Of a DNA stretch of 64,000 nucleotides, positions 34,553 to 48,577 are shown in pieces. The position numbers and the translations under genes are program-made. Source of the stretch: Tubiluchus corallicola. Lineage: Eukaryota > Animalia > Priapulida. Location: the NCBI GenBank assembly GCA_030141605.1, contig JAQGDQ010000045.1, positions 682,001 through 746,000 on the forward strand, in the 5' to 3' direction. How positions within the stretch are numbered: the first letter of the stretch is position 1; the number at the start of each line of letters is the position of its first letter. The notes under the pieces were generated by a model. That model saw nothing but the letters and a program-made list of their open reading frames with translations. It did not search any database and was not told the DNA's origin.

Positions 34553-37500
34553 ATGCTTAAGATTTCTGTATAGCTTTTATTGCCTGGGAGTTAAATATAT
34601 TGAAAAAGGAATACAAGACTTTAAGGTCGTTATGTTTTGTGGCAGTTACAAAATCCTAATAAATATAATCATGACATCCAACACTAATTCACCCTTTTTC
34701 AAACAGTGATTGTATTATAGATCCTGCTTGAATCTGCCCCCTGGAACATTAATCAATTTAAGCCATCAATAATACATGAGGCACAGAAGCCTTCCAGACT
34801 GAAGTGCACAGAGCAATCAGCTACTCCACTATGTACAAGGCAACGTGATCTAACTGTAAATATTGAGTCCTAATACATAAGCATATATTTGACCACATAC
34901 CAATGTTTTATTTGCATAAAAATTGTGAACTTTTAAACTGTGATCAACCTCATCTAATATAAGACATAACTTAAAGATTACATTAAAAGAAGTGCTCAGT
35001 TTAAACAACATTTAGCTGCACATTGTGTAGTGTACATTTTTACAGTGTTATTATTAGAATTCAGCTACACAGAGCTTACAAGCCTTTTCGTGTGAAAAGG
35101 TCAATAACTTACTATCATATCCACATTCCACACTACAATATAATTCATTGTGTGCAAAGCAAATTTTCAGATTATGTAAGTGCCTCTGTTATCATATGAT
35201 GCTACCAACCTCATGCACAATAATCATGCAAAATGTACTTCAAACATAGCAGTAAAAGCAAGCAATGCATTTATTTAATGCCCAGCAAGTAACTGCAAGA
35301 AACATGTCAATAAGAGGCATTTTTATATGCAGCAACCTTTCGGAAACTTCCCATCCTCGATGCTAGTGAAATCAGAAAATAAATTTTGTAAATACATCAT
35401 ACAAGCATGACAAGCTTTTCAAAAACACACATTTTTTCAAAAATTTAAAATGGCAACTACTTTTCTAGCAAATGTGTATTGTACAGGACAAAATTAAATT
35501 TTCCAACTAACCCTTTAGAGTTGGATCCTTGCTATGTATATTACCAACACGAAAAGATGCCTTTAAAAATATCAAAAGCAATGTGTAAGAAACGCATTAA
35601 CCAAATTTATACGCAATTGTACTAGTTCACCAGCTTTCTCTGTGTTGCATGTTGTTGGATGAAATGGCTTAACAAAATTTAACTCACCATTATCCTTAAC
35701 CTACCTGAAGCAAAACACAAAAAACCGGTGTTATATAGTATTTGAGTTTTTAACATTCATTTGCCATTAATAATTCACCCAATCTGACCTGTAACTCGCA
35801 TGATACTTTGTTATTTACACCGTCATAATATACAATGAAACCTGACATTAACTTGTAAAGAAAACATTAAGTTGTCAATAAATAACAGACACAACACTAA
35901 ACAACAGCTATTAATCACAAATTTTTATTGAACAAAATTGCCCTATGGTGATTAGCAGGTGTCATCAGTAACATAAATATTTTTATCACATGATCATATC
36001 CTCATCGTGTTGTAGACGAAATGCAATGGAATACTTTCGTGATCGCAGTTTAACATTACTACTGGATAAATACTCAGTAGATCAAACAGTTTTACTGGTA
36101 TTTGACAGTCTTTGTAAATCAACTTAAGAACGTAGCTTAACCATATAATGAAGTCCATCAGAGTTCAGGTTAGTTTCTAGAGTGTCTGGATTTACTTATA
36201 TTCGCAAAATAATCACAATAATCCACATTATTCACAATAATCCAGTACCTCTAAGAGGAAAAGACGCAACAGACTTGATTACCACATTTACCAGTCGGGC
36301 AGCAAGGACTATGATGCAGAACTGGATGGGCATGTAGTAGCCATGTACATAGAGCAACAGTCCTATAAAACACATCCTTTAGATTTATATATAAGTCTAT
36401 ACATTTCTTTGGTTCCCATAGCGTGGTCCAAACTATCACCAAATTTTCTGGTGAAACAGTACCTCTCCAACAGTTCAAAAACCTAGAGAAATGTAAGAAA
36501 ATTGCCATATTACATTTAATTCTAAAATGCTGAAAATAGTAGTTTCATATGATCAAAACACCAGGTTACAATAAAATAATATTACAACAGAGGGGGGTGA
36601 TGTTAAGAAATAATTGCCCATAGTTAAAATATGAATGGGTGACTGCCAGAAAACTTGCTTCTCGGTGGTCTCATTAGCCAGATGGCCTTCAACTGTTTCT
36701 TTCTTTGAAGAATACTACTTCAAATACTCTTCCCACATTGAAGAAAGATATGTATACATACATCAGAATGTGGCTTAGACTGCAAGCTACTGGCTAGTAC
36801 CAAATAATATAAAAAAAGAACTAAAAAGTTCTATTTACACTTTTGGCAATTTAATTAGTCAACTTAAGCCAATGAAATGTAAAAATTGTAAATTTTATAA
36901 ATTTTTGTGCACCTCTTATCTGAAATGTATGTGCATTAGTTAACTAGTACCGTAAGTAATTGACGCCATGCTTAGAGATGCTTAAAAATGGTGATTATTT
37001 AGCCTTACATTAAGCACCAACTCTTGTTTACTGTGCTCTCACTGGCTAAATGAAGCCAAATGCTTAACTCTGATCATTGAATGGTTATCATGACTTTAAA
37101 ATTTGACCAAGTAAACTGATAGCAGGCATTCAGACCACGATGATTCACTGCTTAAATAGTTAACTGCTGCTCCGTTTACCTGGTTTGTATATTAGTTGTG
37201 GCAAAGACAATGCTGAAAATGACCCTGATAGTCAACACAGCTCGAATGTAACATGGCAGTAGCTTGAAAGTGGCAAACACGATGCAGTGGAATAAAGAAA
37301 CACAAGAAGAAAAAATAGCTAAGGGAGAGCAGCCTTCAGTTTTCACACTTTAGTTATTCATTAGCTTTTTAATTAAACAACTACATAATGTAGAACAGTA
37401 AGCAGCAAACCTATAAATTGTTTAATGTAAAAGCCCAGCATTATTGATTTTTCTCCTGCAACATAACTGAAGACTGTTACCTAGCCAGGCTTCAGTGGTT

Positions 37501-37721
37501 TTTGTTCAGCTTCAGGCAATTGAAGGCATTTACATAGCCAAGCACTATTGATTTTTGCTGCTGGAAGCTAACTGAAGACTTTGGTAAACATTATTTCTTA
37601 AGGAAAGCATTGTTTAGCTACGTTCCAGGTGTTTTGCTGGGATGCATTAGCATCATCCACTGAGGACTTGCTGTATAATTTTCATCAAGACAAAAACTTT
37701 GATTTGTACATACCTTTAAAT

Positions 37722-39953
37722 TTACATATCTAAGCCACCTTCTTCTTCCAATTTTGACAGGAATTTTGGAATGCGATACGCTTCTTCCGTCTGCCGAGCC
37801 ATGTCAACCAGACCAAGCAACTTCTTTATACCAATCCACATTCTTCTGTTACCGACTTTTCCCGCAATGTAATCCAAATCCCTAGTACTAAACACATCTA
37901 AATATTCCAGAACAGACATGAGATGCTCTGCTGCAGAAATGTTTGATACATGAAGTACAGACTGGAAAGCATTAATTATTTCCATATCATTGAGAACATC
38001 TCGACGACTAGTTGTGCCAAGGACTAGCAACCTACGTCCTTTTGGAGGTTCCTTCTTCAAAAGAACCAACAAAGCTTGCAACACAATGTTCGAATACCGT
38101 GGTCCAATAGGGCCATAATCGAGCAATCTTTCAATATTATCTACAACAATGACACTGAGCTGAGATCTGTAAGCATCGTCAAACATCTTCTTGATTAACT
38201 GACATTTTGCTGTGTCTGTATATCCTATCATGTCTTCCGGAGTGCAAAATTTAAGGAAAGGAAAGTCTGAACTCATGGCAATTCTTGCAGCAAGGGCAGT
38301 CTTTCCACTATTAGCCGGGCCTTCCAACAAAGCTGTCACTAAACCTCTTGTTTCACCAGATTTTGCTTGACTAATTAGTAAGTCTCCATCTTCAAGTATA
38401 CTGCGCACAGGTTCACCCCAGTTAAGTATGCCATTTGCTACAAATCGCTCAAACTGCTCTTCTGCCATACCAAAAGCTGGTTTTATATCATTCTGCAAAG
38501 CATTCATGAAATCATCCCTCAGGACCTTAATTTTCTCTGAAGCATCACGATCTACTTCAACTTTACTCGATGCTTTAACTAACCTGTTCAATGCTGTAGA
38601 TGTAGCTGCTCTCACAAGTCCTTCTATTTCAGCACCGCTAAAGTTCTTGGTAAGACCAGCTAACTCATTCATATCGACATCGTGGCCCATCTTATCATTC
38701 TCCCGCATGCGACTAGTGTGAATTTGCAAAATTTGAACACGCCCATGTTCGTTTGGGAGACCTATTTCCATTTGTACTTCAAGTCGACCAGGTCTAAGCA
38801 AAGCTTCATCCATCATATCTCTCCTATTAGTCATTCCAATAACTAGAATATTATTCAATTGTTCCACACCATCGATTTTGGAAAGAAGTTGATTAACAAC
38901 AGTATCATGCACACCACTAGCACCTGCTACCGATCCCCTAGATTTACATATTGCATCTATTTCGTCAAATATAATTATATGTAGTCCACTGTTGGGCCCC
39001 ATTCTTTTTTCTTCCTCTTCCGCAGGAGCAAATAATCGCCGAATATTGGCTTCCGATTCACCCACATACTTGTCAAGGATCTGAGGACCATTTATAATTT
39101 GTGGCTCTCGGGCATTGAGCATTGTCCCAATTTGCCGAGCCATCAGAGTTTTTCCAGTGCCAGGTGGACCATACAGCAAAATTCCCTTGCAGTGCCTCAC
39201 ACCTAACTCTTCTACAACCTCAGGTGGGAAGACACGTGAAGCAAATGCTCTTCGAAAAATGGCGTTAAATTCTTTATCTAGACCCCCAATTCCCATTTTC
39301 TGAAAATCCCAATCCGGATTGATGATTGTTTGGTGTTGCTGTTTTGCGCGAGATCTTCCTATTAGATTTACGGGGGAACTTTCAGCTTTTTCCCACAACA
39401 CCACAGTATTAGGCATGATTTGCCCACATTCTACTTTGAGAGGTTTAGCTGGCTTTCCCATTTTAACTGCATTAATGTCTATTGCTTCAAGCTCTTTAAT
39501 TTTTAAGCTGAGCATCTTTTTGTCACAAAAGCTAAAAACTAGCTGCTGTCCAATAGTAAAAGCCATGCCAGGAAACTGCATGAGAAACTCCTGAGCCATT
39601 TTGTCCGTATCATACGGTTCCATCGTTGTATGTTTCTTTTGTAAGAAATCTGTCTCTATTGTTATGCTGCTGAGATATTGTTGCTGTGCATTAAATCTAT
39701 ACACATCTACTTCTATGTCCTGATTCAAGGACAAAACTGCCCATTTCCTTTGCGGCAGATTAAAACCAATATAGCCAGATTTCATGGATTTATCTGGTCG
39801 TATAGTAAAAACATATTTGTGCCCAGGTCCTGTATGCACAGCTACATGTTTAACATCTTGTGAGTTAAAGTCTTGTGGTGCTACTATGGCACAATTTGTT
39901 AAAGAAAGTTCTTCTGATGGGCATTTTGCTGCTTTCATCATTCTAGAAGTCAT
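37722..39953 (-). CDS. NSF: Vesicle-fusing ATPase NSF, 743 aa, single coding exon
   Basis: N domain ([12 protein letters not shown]), [21 protein letters not shown]1 Walker A GPPGTGKT, Walker [31 protein letters not shown]2 GPANSGKT. Start is ATG 39953; acceptor taacag at 39965-66, so the first 17 or so residues of the listed ORF are intronic. Confidence 0.98.
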   Translation of the reverse strand: MTSRMMKAAKCPSEELSLTNCAIVAPQDFNSQDVKHVAVHTGPGHKYVFTIRPDKSMKSGYIGFNLPQRKWAVLSLNQDIEVDVYRFNAQQQYLSSITIETDFLQKKHTTMEPYDTDKMAQEFLMQFPGMAFTIGQQLVFSFCDKKMLSLKIKELEAIDINAVKMGKPAKPLKVECGQIMPNTVVLWEKAESSPVNLIGRSRAKQQHQTIINPDWDFQKMGIGGLDKEFNAIFRRAFASRVFPPEVVEELGVRHCKGILLYGPPGTGKTLMARQIGTMLNAREPQIINGPQILDKYVGESEANIRRLFAPAEEEEKRMGPNSGLHIIIFDEIDAICKSRGSVAGASGVHDTVVNQLLSKIDGVEQLNNILVIGMTNRRDMMDEALLRPGRLEVQMEIGLPNEHGRVQILQIHTSRMRENDKMGHDVDMNELAGLTKNFSGAEIEGLVRAATSTALNRLVKASSKVEVDRDASEKIKVLRDDFMNALQNDIKPAFGMAEEQFERFVANGILNWGEPVRSILEDGDLLISQAKSGETRGLVTALLEGPANSGKTALAARIAMSSDFPFLKFCTPEDMIGYTDTAKCQLIKKMFDDAYRSQLSVIVVDNIERLLDYGPIGPRYSNIVLQALLVLLKKEPPKGRRLLVLGTTSRRDVLNDMEIINAFQSVLHVSNISAAEHLMSVLEYLDVFSTRDLDYIAGKVGNRRMWIGIKKLLGLVDMARQTEEAYRIPKFLSKLEEEGGLDM

Positions 39954-41468
39954 CTTGACTGACCCTGTTATAAACAAACAAAAATCTTTAAAAAAATGGC
40001 TGTAAAGAAAAATCATTCTAAAATTTTAGTCTAACAGATGTATATAAAAACAGCTAACTTGTGCACATTAATGACAGGCCCCTGTTAGCAAAATACTAAT
40101 GTTAGCATATGTCAGTACAGATGTTACAACATGTAAACAGGAAGTACTAATAAATTACGCATAATGCAAACAGCTATTAAAAAGAAAAACTTTGCACCTT
40201 AAAAAATCTTGCCATCGAGTGCTTCAGTCAAACTATAGTTGGGACCTATTATGATGAAAATACATGAACTTTAAATGAATTAATTGAAAATTTTACGGCA
40301 CTTTTTATTATTGTCGATCGATTACCAATACATAGTCAATATTTAGGTAACACTTTGATTTAGATGCCTCTGAATGCCTTGCAGCACTTTTGCACTGTGC
40401 ATGCATATTTCGAAAATTTTACACCAAGTCGTAATTTACACTGTAATCTTAACAGTGAATTTTCTTGTAAACTACAATATGATGTAATACATGCCTGTAC
40501 TAATCAACTTATTAAGTGATACAATACATGTTTTGTATTATTATTAACAATACATGTTTTGTATTATTATTATTATTTCAAGTTTTTTATACAAAAATAT
40601 GTTGTACAATTTATACACTTACATAAACACAGAGAAATACATACATACACAAGCTGAAAAATTGACCGAGACCTCTATTTGCAGGGTAAATAGTACACTA
40701 TACTATTGTACATAATATTGTACAAGTTTTATACAATAAACCATCTTGAATCCTCATGACACCACTTAACACTTTTCGTGAAAATAATAGGACAAGTAAG
40801 CAGAGTACTAAAGGAATGTTAAAGGAATGAAAAGAAAGATACAGGAGCTTAGCGGAAAGGGTAGGGGAAACAGTATGTCACGCATGTTATAAATACATAA
40901 CTATTACAAAAGTACCTCTGAGGGACTGAAATATGCATTTGTTACAAATTGCCTAGGTTATTGCAATTCTCTTCTCTTTGGCATGCATGCTTGCTACATT
41001 ATTAAGTTGCAACATGTACAAAATACTGGTGCTCGCATTGTAACCAAAACAAAAAAATTTGATCATAGAACACCAACTCTGTTTAACTGCTTCTGATTAA
41101 ATACAAGACAAAACAATACAACACTAAAATTTTGCTGCTAGTTTATAAATGGGTGCATCAAGCTGCTTCTCTTTGTTTTCAGGAGTGAATTTTGTGGTAT
41201 TTTCAACGTAGTATGTGCTCAGCAAACTCGATGAACTTAGTCCACCCAAGAATAAAGCTTTATACTTACAATCACTTAATCAAATGAATTTAAATTGGAC
41301 TTGATTTGTGCCTTAAAATTGTACCTATCATTCATTTATGCTTCTAATTTTATTATGATGTACAGCTTTGAAACATTGCATGTAAATAGTATATTTTACT
41401 TACCGTAATGTTATTAATTGATGCTCGTGATAATAATTATTGCTCATTTAAAAAGTATATTTAAAGTA

Positions 41469-42306
41469 CCGTATATACTCGCATATAAGCCAAATTTAGA
41501 ACTATAAAATACAATACTGAAATCAGGGGGTCGGCTTATATGCGCATGAAACAAAATGAACACAAGGACAGACACTAATGCCAATTTTCCAGCCACACAT
41601 TTTCATCGCTATCTGACTCTTTATTTGGTTGTGTGTCACCAGTGGTGTATTGGAGGGGGATCGCGGAGGATCGCCGTCCACCCACTTTTTTTAGAAAAAA
41701 TTCACATTTCAATAAATGTCTGCTTTTTGTATTCATTAGATAAAAAATATTAAAAATGTATACGGGTTTAATATTAAATCTACTGGTTTTCATTTTTTCA
41801 AAAAACGGTTTTAAATAATGTCAATTTCTTTCAAATTTGTGAATGTAAAATGGTAAGTGTTGAGACTAGCCGTCCACCTACTTTTTATTTAGCAATACAC
41901 CACTGTGTGTCACCAGTTGCGAGCCGTAACCAAGCTACAGCTAGTGGTGAAGCCGACGTCATCAGCCAATTGGTAGGCAGCGCGTGGGGAGACGAGGGTC
42001 ACGTGGCTTAGAGAGGAACATATTGGTGTACACGTTTTCTGAACAGACACTCTATCTAAGTTTGAGACAGAGAACGAAAATTGCACAAAAATTGCCATCA
42101 CAATATGAACATAAACTTTTGGGTTTTCAAAAGTATGTTATTGATCAAAGAAAGGCTGGTGACTTCACTCTCTGCAGAATTGGCAACATGGATGAGACAA
42201 GTTGATGGTCGGCTTATATACGGGTTTTTGCAAAAACTGGCCATTTTAAAGCAGTTTTAGGGGGTCGGCTTATATGCGATGTAGGCTTATATGCGAGTAT
42301 ATACGG
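41469..42306. mobile_element. pogo/Tigger-like (Tc1-mariner) non-autonomous element
   Basis: TIRs CCGTATATACTCGCATATAAGCC / GGCTTATATGCGAGTATATACGG, TA on both sides, GGGGGTCGGCTTATA subterminal motifs, transposase remnant IGNMDET at about 42180-42200. Confidence 0.92.
41640..41905. mobile_element. hAT-type MITE nested in the pogo-like element
   Basis: TIR CAGTGGTGTATTG / CAATACACCACTG; 8-bp TSD TGTGTCAC at 41632-39 and 41906-13. Confidence 0.92.
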
Positions 42307-42804
42307 TAAGTTAAAATAGGCAAAGCAAATAATCAAGCATCTTGTTTCTGCAAAAGTGGTGAACCTAACGCTTTGCTCTCATCCGTAACATGTATGTTTT
42401 ACATTGCACATTCATTAATTTTGTTGTTACAGCAGCAGACCACTAAAATCTATTAATGCTCTTTTTGTAGGAATGAATGATCTTGCTCAGTTTGATAAAC
42501 ATATTGAATCTTGATATATACAGAACTTTGTCATTTTATAAAAGCAATATTACAGCTATTATAACATCATAATTATTTTTCACTGTCATGCAGGATTACA
42601 CCTACAAGATTTGCCATAATTACAAGCATTAACAAAAATAAAACATTAAAAGCTGACAATGATACCATTCTTGCACATATAAATGATTTGTATATTGTTT
42701 CTCTATTGCCAACAGAGGAACAAATGCAATATTGCTGAAGAGGACTCACTAGCTAATGGTAAGATTTGCACAGTGACTTCTTTGCTTCTTGTTCTAAGTT
42801 ACAG

Positions 42805-43400
42805 TGTAGGGAGTAATGTAGCGCACTAGCCCATATACTGCAGTTGCGCTAATATAGCTATGCAAAATTTGCGGAAAACCAGTGAAAATTAGTTCATTTT
42901 GCAAGAAATTGTGCTTGTTCACTGACTAGCATCATGAAAACTTGCTTAACCAGGTGTTTAACTCACACTAGCATGCAGGACATAGCTGTCATTTCGCCAA
43001 CTTGTTCATGAGAAGTTGTTTTTTTAACAAAGCAGCTTATTTAGCAGTTAGCAATTTTACTTTTGGCACCATACGAGACAGAAGAGAACAAAAATGAAGC
43101 GAGACAAATCACAAAATGACATACCTTAAAGAAACCTTGGAATTGCTAAAAAGCTGGCTTATTTCACTTCAAAAAGATTAATGTCAGAACAAAATTTAAT
43201 ATTGATCCTTCGGCTAGCTCAGAATTAAAGGATTACTTTATTTTATCTAAATTTATATATAATTAATTGTTCAAAGTATACTGACATTTAAATTATTATA
43301 ATTAAATAAACAAGGACAATTAACAGACACTGCAACAAGGTAAACTCGGCTCAGTTACTAACCAGATTCAGGTGCGCTACTTGGGCCAGCCGAATACAAT
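42805..43400 (+). repeat. Diverged relative of the 8166-8953 TIR element
   Basis: 43095-43320 shares TGAAGCGAGA, ATACCTTAA, GCTTATTTCACTTCAA, TTTATTTTATC, TAAACAAGGACAA in order with 8550-8810. Confidence 0.7.
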
Positions 43401-43607
43401 ACAATTATTCGTGCGTATTTCTTATTCATGGTTTTTATCTAATAGTGATTATAAAGCCTTGCACAAGTTGCAGCATTTATTGATTTGAGGCTAATAACTT
43501 ATTATTATTATTGTATAAATATTTTCAACTAACTTTATTATTATTGTTGTATTAGACTTAAATAAAAATCTACTAAAAACTATGTAAAACCAAATGTTTA
43601 ATAATAC

Positions 43608-43800
43608 CTTAGCTTTATTCTAGCTGTAACCAATCGAATGTATTTTCAAATACAACAGAATTCTGTAAAACACGCAAATAGTCTAGTCTCTTGCTTAAGC
43701 ATTAATTTCACCCAACCTGCCAACATAACTGCTCAAATTTCAGAAAAATCAATGTCTAGCAGCCAAGCTGTAAGCTGTCATGATCGTGACGTCATCGCTA
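43608..43800 (-). promoter_or_regulatory. Putative NSF non-coding first exon and promoter
   Basis: Minus-strand donor AAG|gtatta at 43607; CRE palindrome TGACGTCA 43787-94 and CCAAT at about 43837 in a CpG-richer patch. Confidence 0.4.
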
Positions 43801-44087
43801 CTGTTCCTGTAACTTCCCAACATAAATGCGGCGCACCAATAATGATCATACTTGTGTTATCTTTGAAGACATATCCGTTTTGGAGCGTTAGTCATTTTGG
43901 TGCATGCTTGCCCTTCAAGTAAAGGCAAGTTGACATAAAAGATATTTGGTGTGATTCATAAAACAAGTTGATCGTGTTGTTGACCTCGCAAACAGACACT
44001 TTTTATTGATGTCTATTTGCTCTCCATTGGTGGTGAAGAGGATCGAGTTTATCCACGGGAAATAGGTGTGAACATTCTCTATTTATA

Positions 44088-44350
44088 AAACGAATTCGAA
44101 TCGAATTTGTGGCCTTCGAACTCTAATCGAACCGAATTTCAACGTTCTCAAATCTGAATTCTGTTTAAAGCTTTCCGAACTACTAATAAAATACGGCCTC
44201 AAAAAGGTCAGTAAAAACCCCAAAAATTGTACAAAGCAATTGCAGCTAAAGTACCATTGCATTACCGTTTTAGCATAAGGAACAATGATATAATTATATA
44301 GTGCTGAACTATTCGAACCTATAATTTTAGGTTCGAGTCTAATTCGAACT
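44088..44350. repeat. TTCGAA-rich MITE-like remnant
   Basis: Clustered (A)TTCGAA motifs at both ends. Confidence 0.45.
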
Positions 44351-46122
44351 ACATTATGCTTATTCAACTTGCCTTCCAAGTCATATTGTTGGAAACTTTC
44401 ATCTGCCTATTTTGGCCATTTCCTAATTATCACCCACAAAGTGAAAAGAAATGGGGTTTTACTGAGGGCTGATGTCCCAAACAATGCATATAAATATTCT
44501 GAATTTTCCCAATTTCACGAGTAGTTATTCTTCCTGTAAAGCAGTTTTCTTTATAAGTGTCTAATCAATGTAACACTGGTGAGTTGACAGGCTGCACAAT
44601 GAGGCCTTCATTTTCTTGGAATTAGAGGACAACTGCATGTTTATTGCATGTGATTGTGCATACGCATTACAAATTATAAAAAAAAGGACAATTGATGATA
44701 ATTAACTTTATTTTAACAATTTAACAACATTGTTTCCAATAAGCCTATGCGATAACCAACTACAACACAACAGGCTTGTATTTGCAAAACTTTTCAAAGT
44801 TGACATTACAAAGGTAAAATAACAACACATGCATCAATGATATTCATTAGCAGCAATCACAAATTGTCTTATTTAATATTATCTTTCTGACAGACATGAT
44901 GGAAATTTTAGATAACGTTATAATAATCAAAATTATGATAATGCCATAATTAAACCAAAAAGGTTTTCTTATTATCTTTGTCAATACCAATTTCTGTATC
45001 CTTAATAGTGCTGCATTCCAAATAATAAACTTAAAAAATTATCAGTTATTTTTTTCACATCAGTCAAACTAATTATGGCTTTTAAAATACCTGTTGAAAA
45101 AACCTCCTGCAATATAAACTGAATCAATATCAGTTTTTTTCTAACAGGATGCTAACAGACGCTTTTGAACATTTCCATTCAAATTATATATGAAGTTCTT
45201 ATAACTGCTAATAAAATGCACATTAACAACTCACAAATAATCAAAATATCTGAGTGCAATTCCTAGCAGTCATTTTACTATTTATATCTACATGTATTTA
45301 CAATACGGAAATGTTCACTATAAATCTTCATAACTTTCATACACTAACAAGTTTTTTAAAATACAGCTGCGCAATAGAATAACAACATAACAAGACTATG
45401 TGTAAAACAATCACAAGTTCTTATAAAATTAAAACCTTTACAGCTCAGATTATTAAACTAGTGACACAGTTTATTCACTTCTTTAGTTCACTATCTACAG
45501 ATGTAAAGCCTATAAGAGCATTTAAAAAAGAGGGCACAATAAGACGCTTTAATCTTCACTATTTTACAATTTAAATTTAAACAATGACAAAATGAATAAA
45601 TTACTGCATGTGAACTATAAATGCCATCTTTATTGCACAGAAACCCAACTCTCTCATATTACACAAAGGTTCTAGTATCACAGTGACAGCAGGGAAATTA
45701 CTCTGTAACAAAGAATCTCTTATTAAGGTTGACAAAAACCTGTAAGGCAAACACACTAATTACAGAAAATATGTTAACACAGACACCTATAGCTGCTTTC
45801 AAAATAAAAAATAATAGTAATTGGCTAAAACAATTCACAATGTTTACGCTCACACAAGAGTTTCATGATGGCAAAATATTATAAATAAATTACACTATTT
45901 AATATACAACTTAATTCTTAGAGAACAATTTACTTCCATTTTTGTCTTTAAAAGGGCTTACAATCATGACACTTAACTGATTGTCGTATATACTACATGA
46001 ATTTGATTTCGTTTTTACAAATAAAAGTAAACTGTAATCACAAACAGGATTTACCTACTATTCTCTCTTACAATCTTAATTACTGTATGTAACAATTGTC
46101 CCATTATTGCACATAGTAACTG

Positions 46123-46296
46123 TCATGAAAGTAACAGTGAAAAATGAAAATCATCTTCTGTCAAAAGGCTAATCACTCGGTTGCAATCCTCATCAACTTC
46201 TGGGTGTAATGTGATGTAGTTATTAGTGTTAATTAGATGTGGGTGCACTACTCGTAGCTGAATGCTAAGTGTATGGGCCATCAAGTCCAGATGGTT
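46123..46296 (-). CDS. OTULIN-like gene exon 11 (His loop)
   Basis: NHLDLMAHTLSIQLRVV...VISLLTEDDFHFSLLLS*. Confidence 0.9.
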   Translation of the reverse strand, partial: NHLDLMAHTLSIQLRVVHPHLINTNNYITLHPEVDEDCNRVISLLTEDDFHFSLLLS

Positions 46297-48528
46297 CTGT
46301 TTGAAAAAAACAATTGGCAGAAAGTATGTCAGCAAATGTCAGCTACATAGCATTACATAGATACGTAAAAAAATAAACGACTGATTTCTCTTATTTTATT
46401 GCTTATATTATTAGTCTGTAGTCACTTGTATGCAAACCATAATACCAAGAAGTGAAAATTCCTAACCTAGTGTTACCTAATTTTGGGTAACATAGAGACA
46501 TAGGATTCATTAAAGTAACTATAAACAGTTAAGTCGATTAAAGATAATTAAGTAGCTTAAGATAATTTAATACTTGTTACTTTACAGGATCTAATGATAT
46601 ACTTATGATCTAAAGTGTTATTTGAAATAACGGGAAATTTTTTTTGCTAATCAGACTGTAATGTTTCCTTCTGCAAGTATAGATGGCACCAACGGAGTTA
46701 ACATAAGTCCTAAGTATACGTCTTTTGCAGAAACAATGCTCTGAATTTACTAAAGCCAAACAAATCTATACCTTTCGCCAAAGTATCACTCAAACTAGCA
46801 ACCAAAAGTAATGAGTAATCAGTAATGAATAACTTGGTTACAGTTTTCTGAAGTAATTAGTAATCATGACACATACATTATTAAATGCCTTCCTACTTAT
46901 ACGCATCTTAAAATTTCAGTCGCAGATATTGTGCTGACATAGGTTAATGTGGCACAGTGTGGATCTGGTGCGGAGGTTAAATTATATAGATGCTGACGTC
47001 CATGGAATAAAAAAACCTCCGCTCACCTTTAGTGGGAAGCACAGTGTGAAAATATTTAAACTTTATCATTTTGAGCATTATTAATCATGCATAAATAATA
47101 TGCTAAATGAAATAATTTCATGTAAGCTTTGAATTTAACAAATTTGAACTGTAAACCACTTTTAATAATAAGCAAGAAATCTGAATATATATATACCTTA
47201 TCGAAACTTTGGGTTTTGTTAATCTGGTTCAAACTGTTTACCACACAGTCATCTATATCCTCAAATACATTCGATGAAAAAAGACAATGTGCAAAGATTG
47301 GAACAATCTGGCCATCTTGATATGAATCTAGTAGTCTTGTGGCAGAAGCAGCCATTGCTAGTTTTACTGCCTCCATACACTCAAATACGATTTGAGGCCG
47401 AGTGTTGAAAATTCGAATTAAGCTGTTTTCTTTCTCTGAGTCAGCATCAGGAAGACAGTCTATATATGAGACCTAAAAAGTAAAAATTTCTCAAAGAAGT
47501 AAAATATAATTTGCTAAAGTCTGAATTTCCTCTCACTAAAACAGAGTCAGAAATTGCAGATTAATAGACAGACACATTATTAGGATATGACAGCTAATAA
47601 TTAAAAACTTGATTCTTCATTATCCATCTCTATATTTATTAGTAAGCATTAGATGCATTTTTTGTAAATTTGACAATTGTGTAGTTCTACAGGTGGCTGG
47701 CAAAGTTTCTATAAAAACAGTATGTTTAAAATACAAGAAAACATCTTCATAAATGAAGCTTAAAAATTTGTTTTGAAATGTTACATAATTTTTATGCTAT
47801 TTTATTGGATACAGGACTCACTGTAGCAGGAACTCTGTACAAAACTAGAAAATTTAAACTTGTTGGGAACAGCCATTTTAACGGTAAGTCAGTTGAAACA
47901 AGTTTAGATAACACTGTATAAAATTAAAATAATCAGAGCATTCGTAGTACATACTGTGCAAACTAAACAAAAGTTTAAATTATTACAATTGTCAATAAGA
48001 TCTATAATGTGTTTTTTGCTGAATCAGTGGTGATGCTGGGATGGCAATCTAGTGCCGTTTTAAGAGCTGACATGAAGATTTTAAATTATTAAGAATTTTC
48101 TTTTTTAGTTACAACAATCTTTCAAACAGGTAAGCAAACAGGTAGGCATAATAATACGGAATATTCTTTGCGACGTGCTCTAGAATTTGTTTTCTTCCCC
48201 TTTTAAATATCTGAAGTGCACAACTTTAAAAATAAAATGATAAAAAATTCAAGGTCTGCCAGGTACATGTTGTATAAATTATGCTACCACTGTATCTTAT
48301 CATATTGATTCATTTAGTTTCAATTATATTTTATGTGTAATGTGCGTCAAATCATTTGCTGAAAAATGCACAACTTGCCGAGACTTTGAAGATGTGTTTA
48401 AATAATCAACAACTGTTGCTACATATTATGAAAAGAACTTTATCCCAGTTAAAACCACGAGTAGGAGTAACGCCAAAAATCCCAAAACTAATACACATTC
48501 TACTTTCATACCCATTTAGCTGTGACAC

Positions 48529-48577
<49 letters not shown>

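Noticed and set aside
38428-40005. Plus-strand ORFs overlapping NSF
   Set aside because: Antisense shadows of a long coding exon.
39954-40016. N-terminal extension of the 764-aa NSF ORF
   Set aside because: Crosses a splice acceptor at 39965-66 and starts inside the intron; NSF homology begins at ATG 39953.
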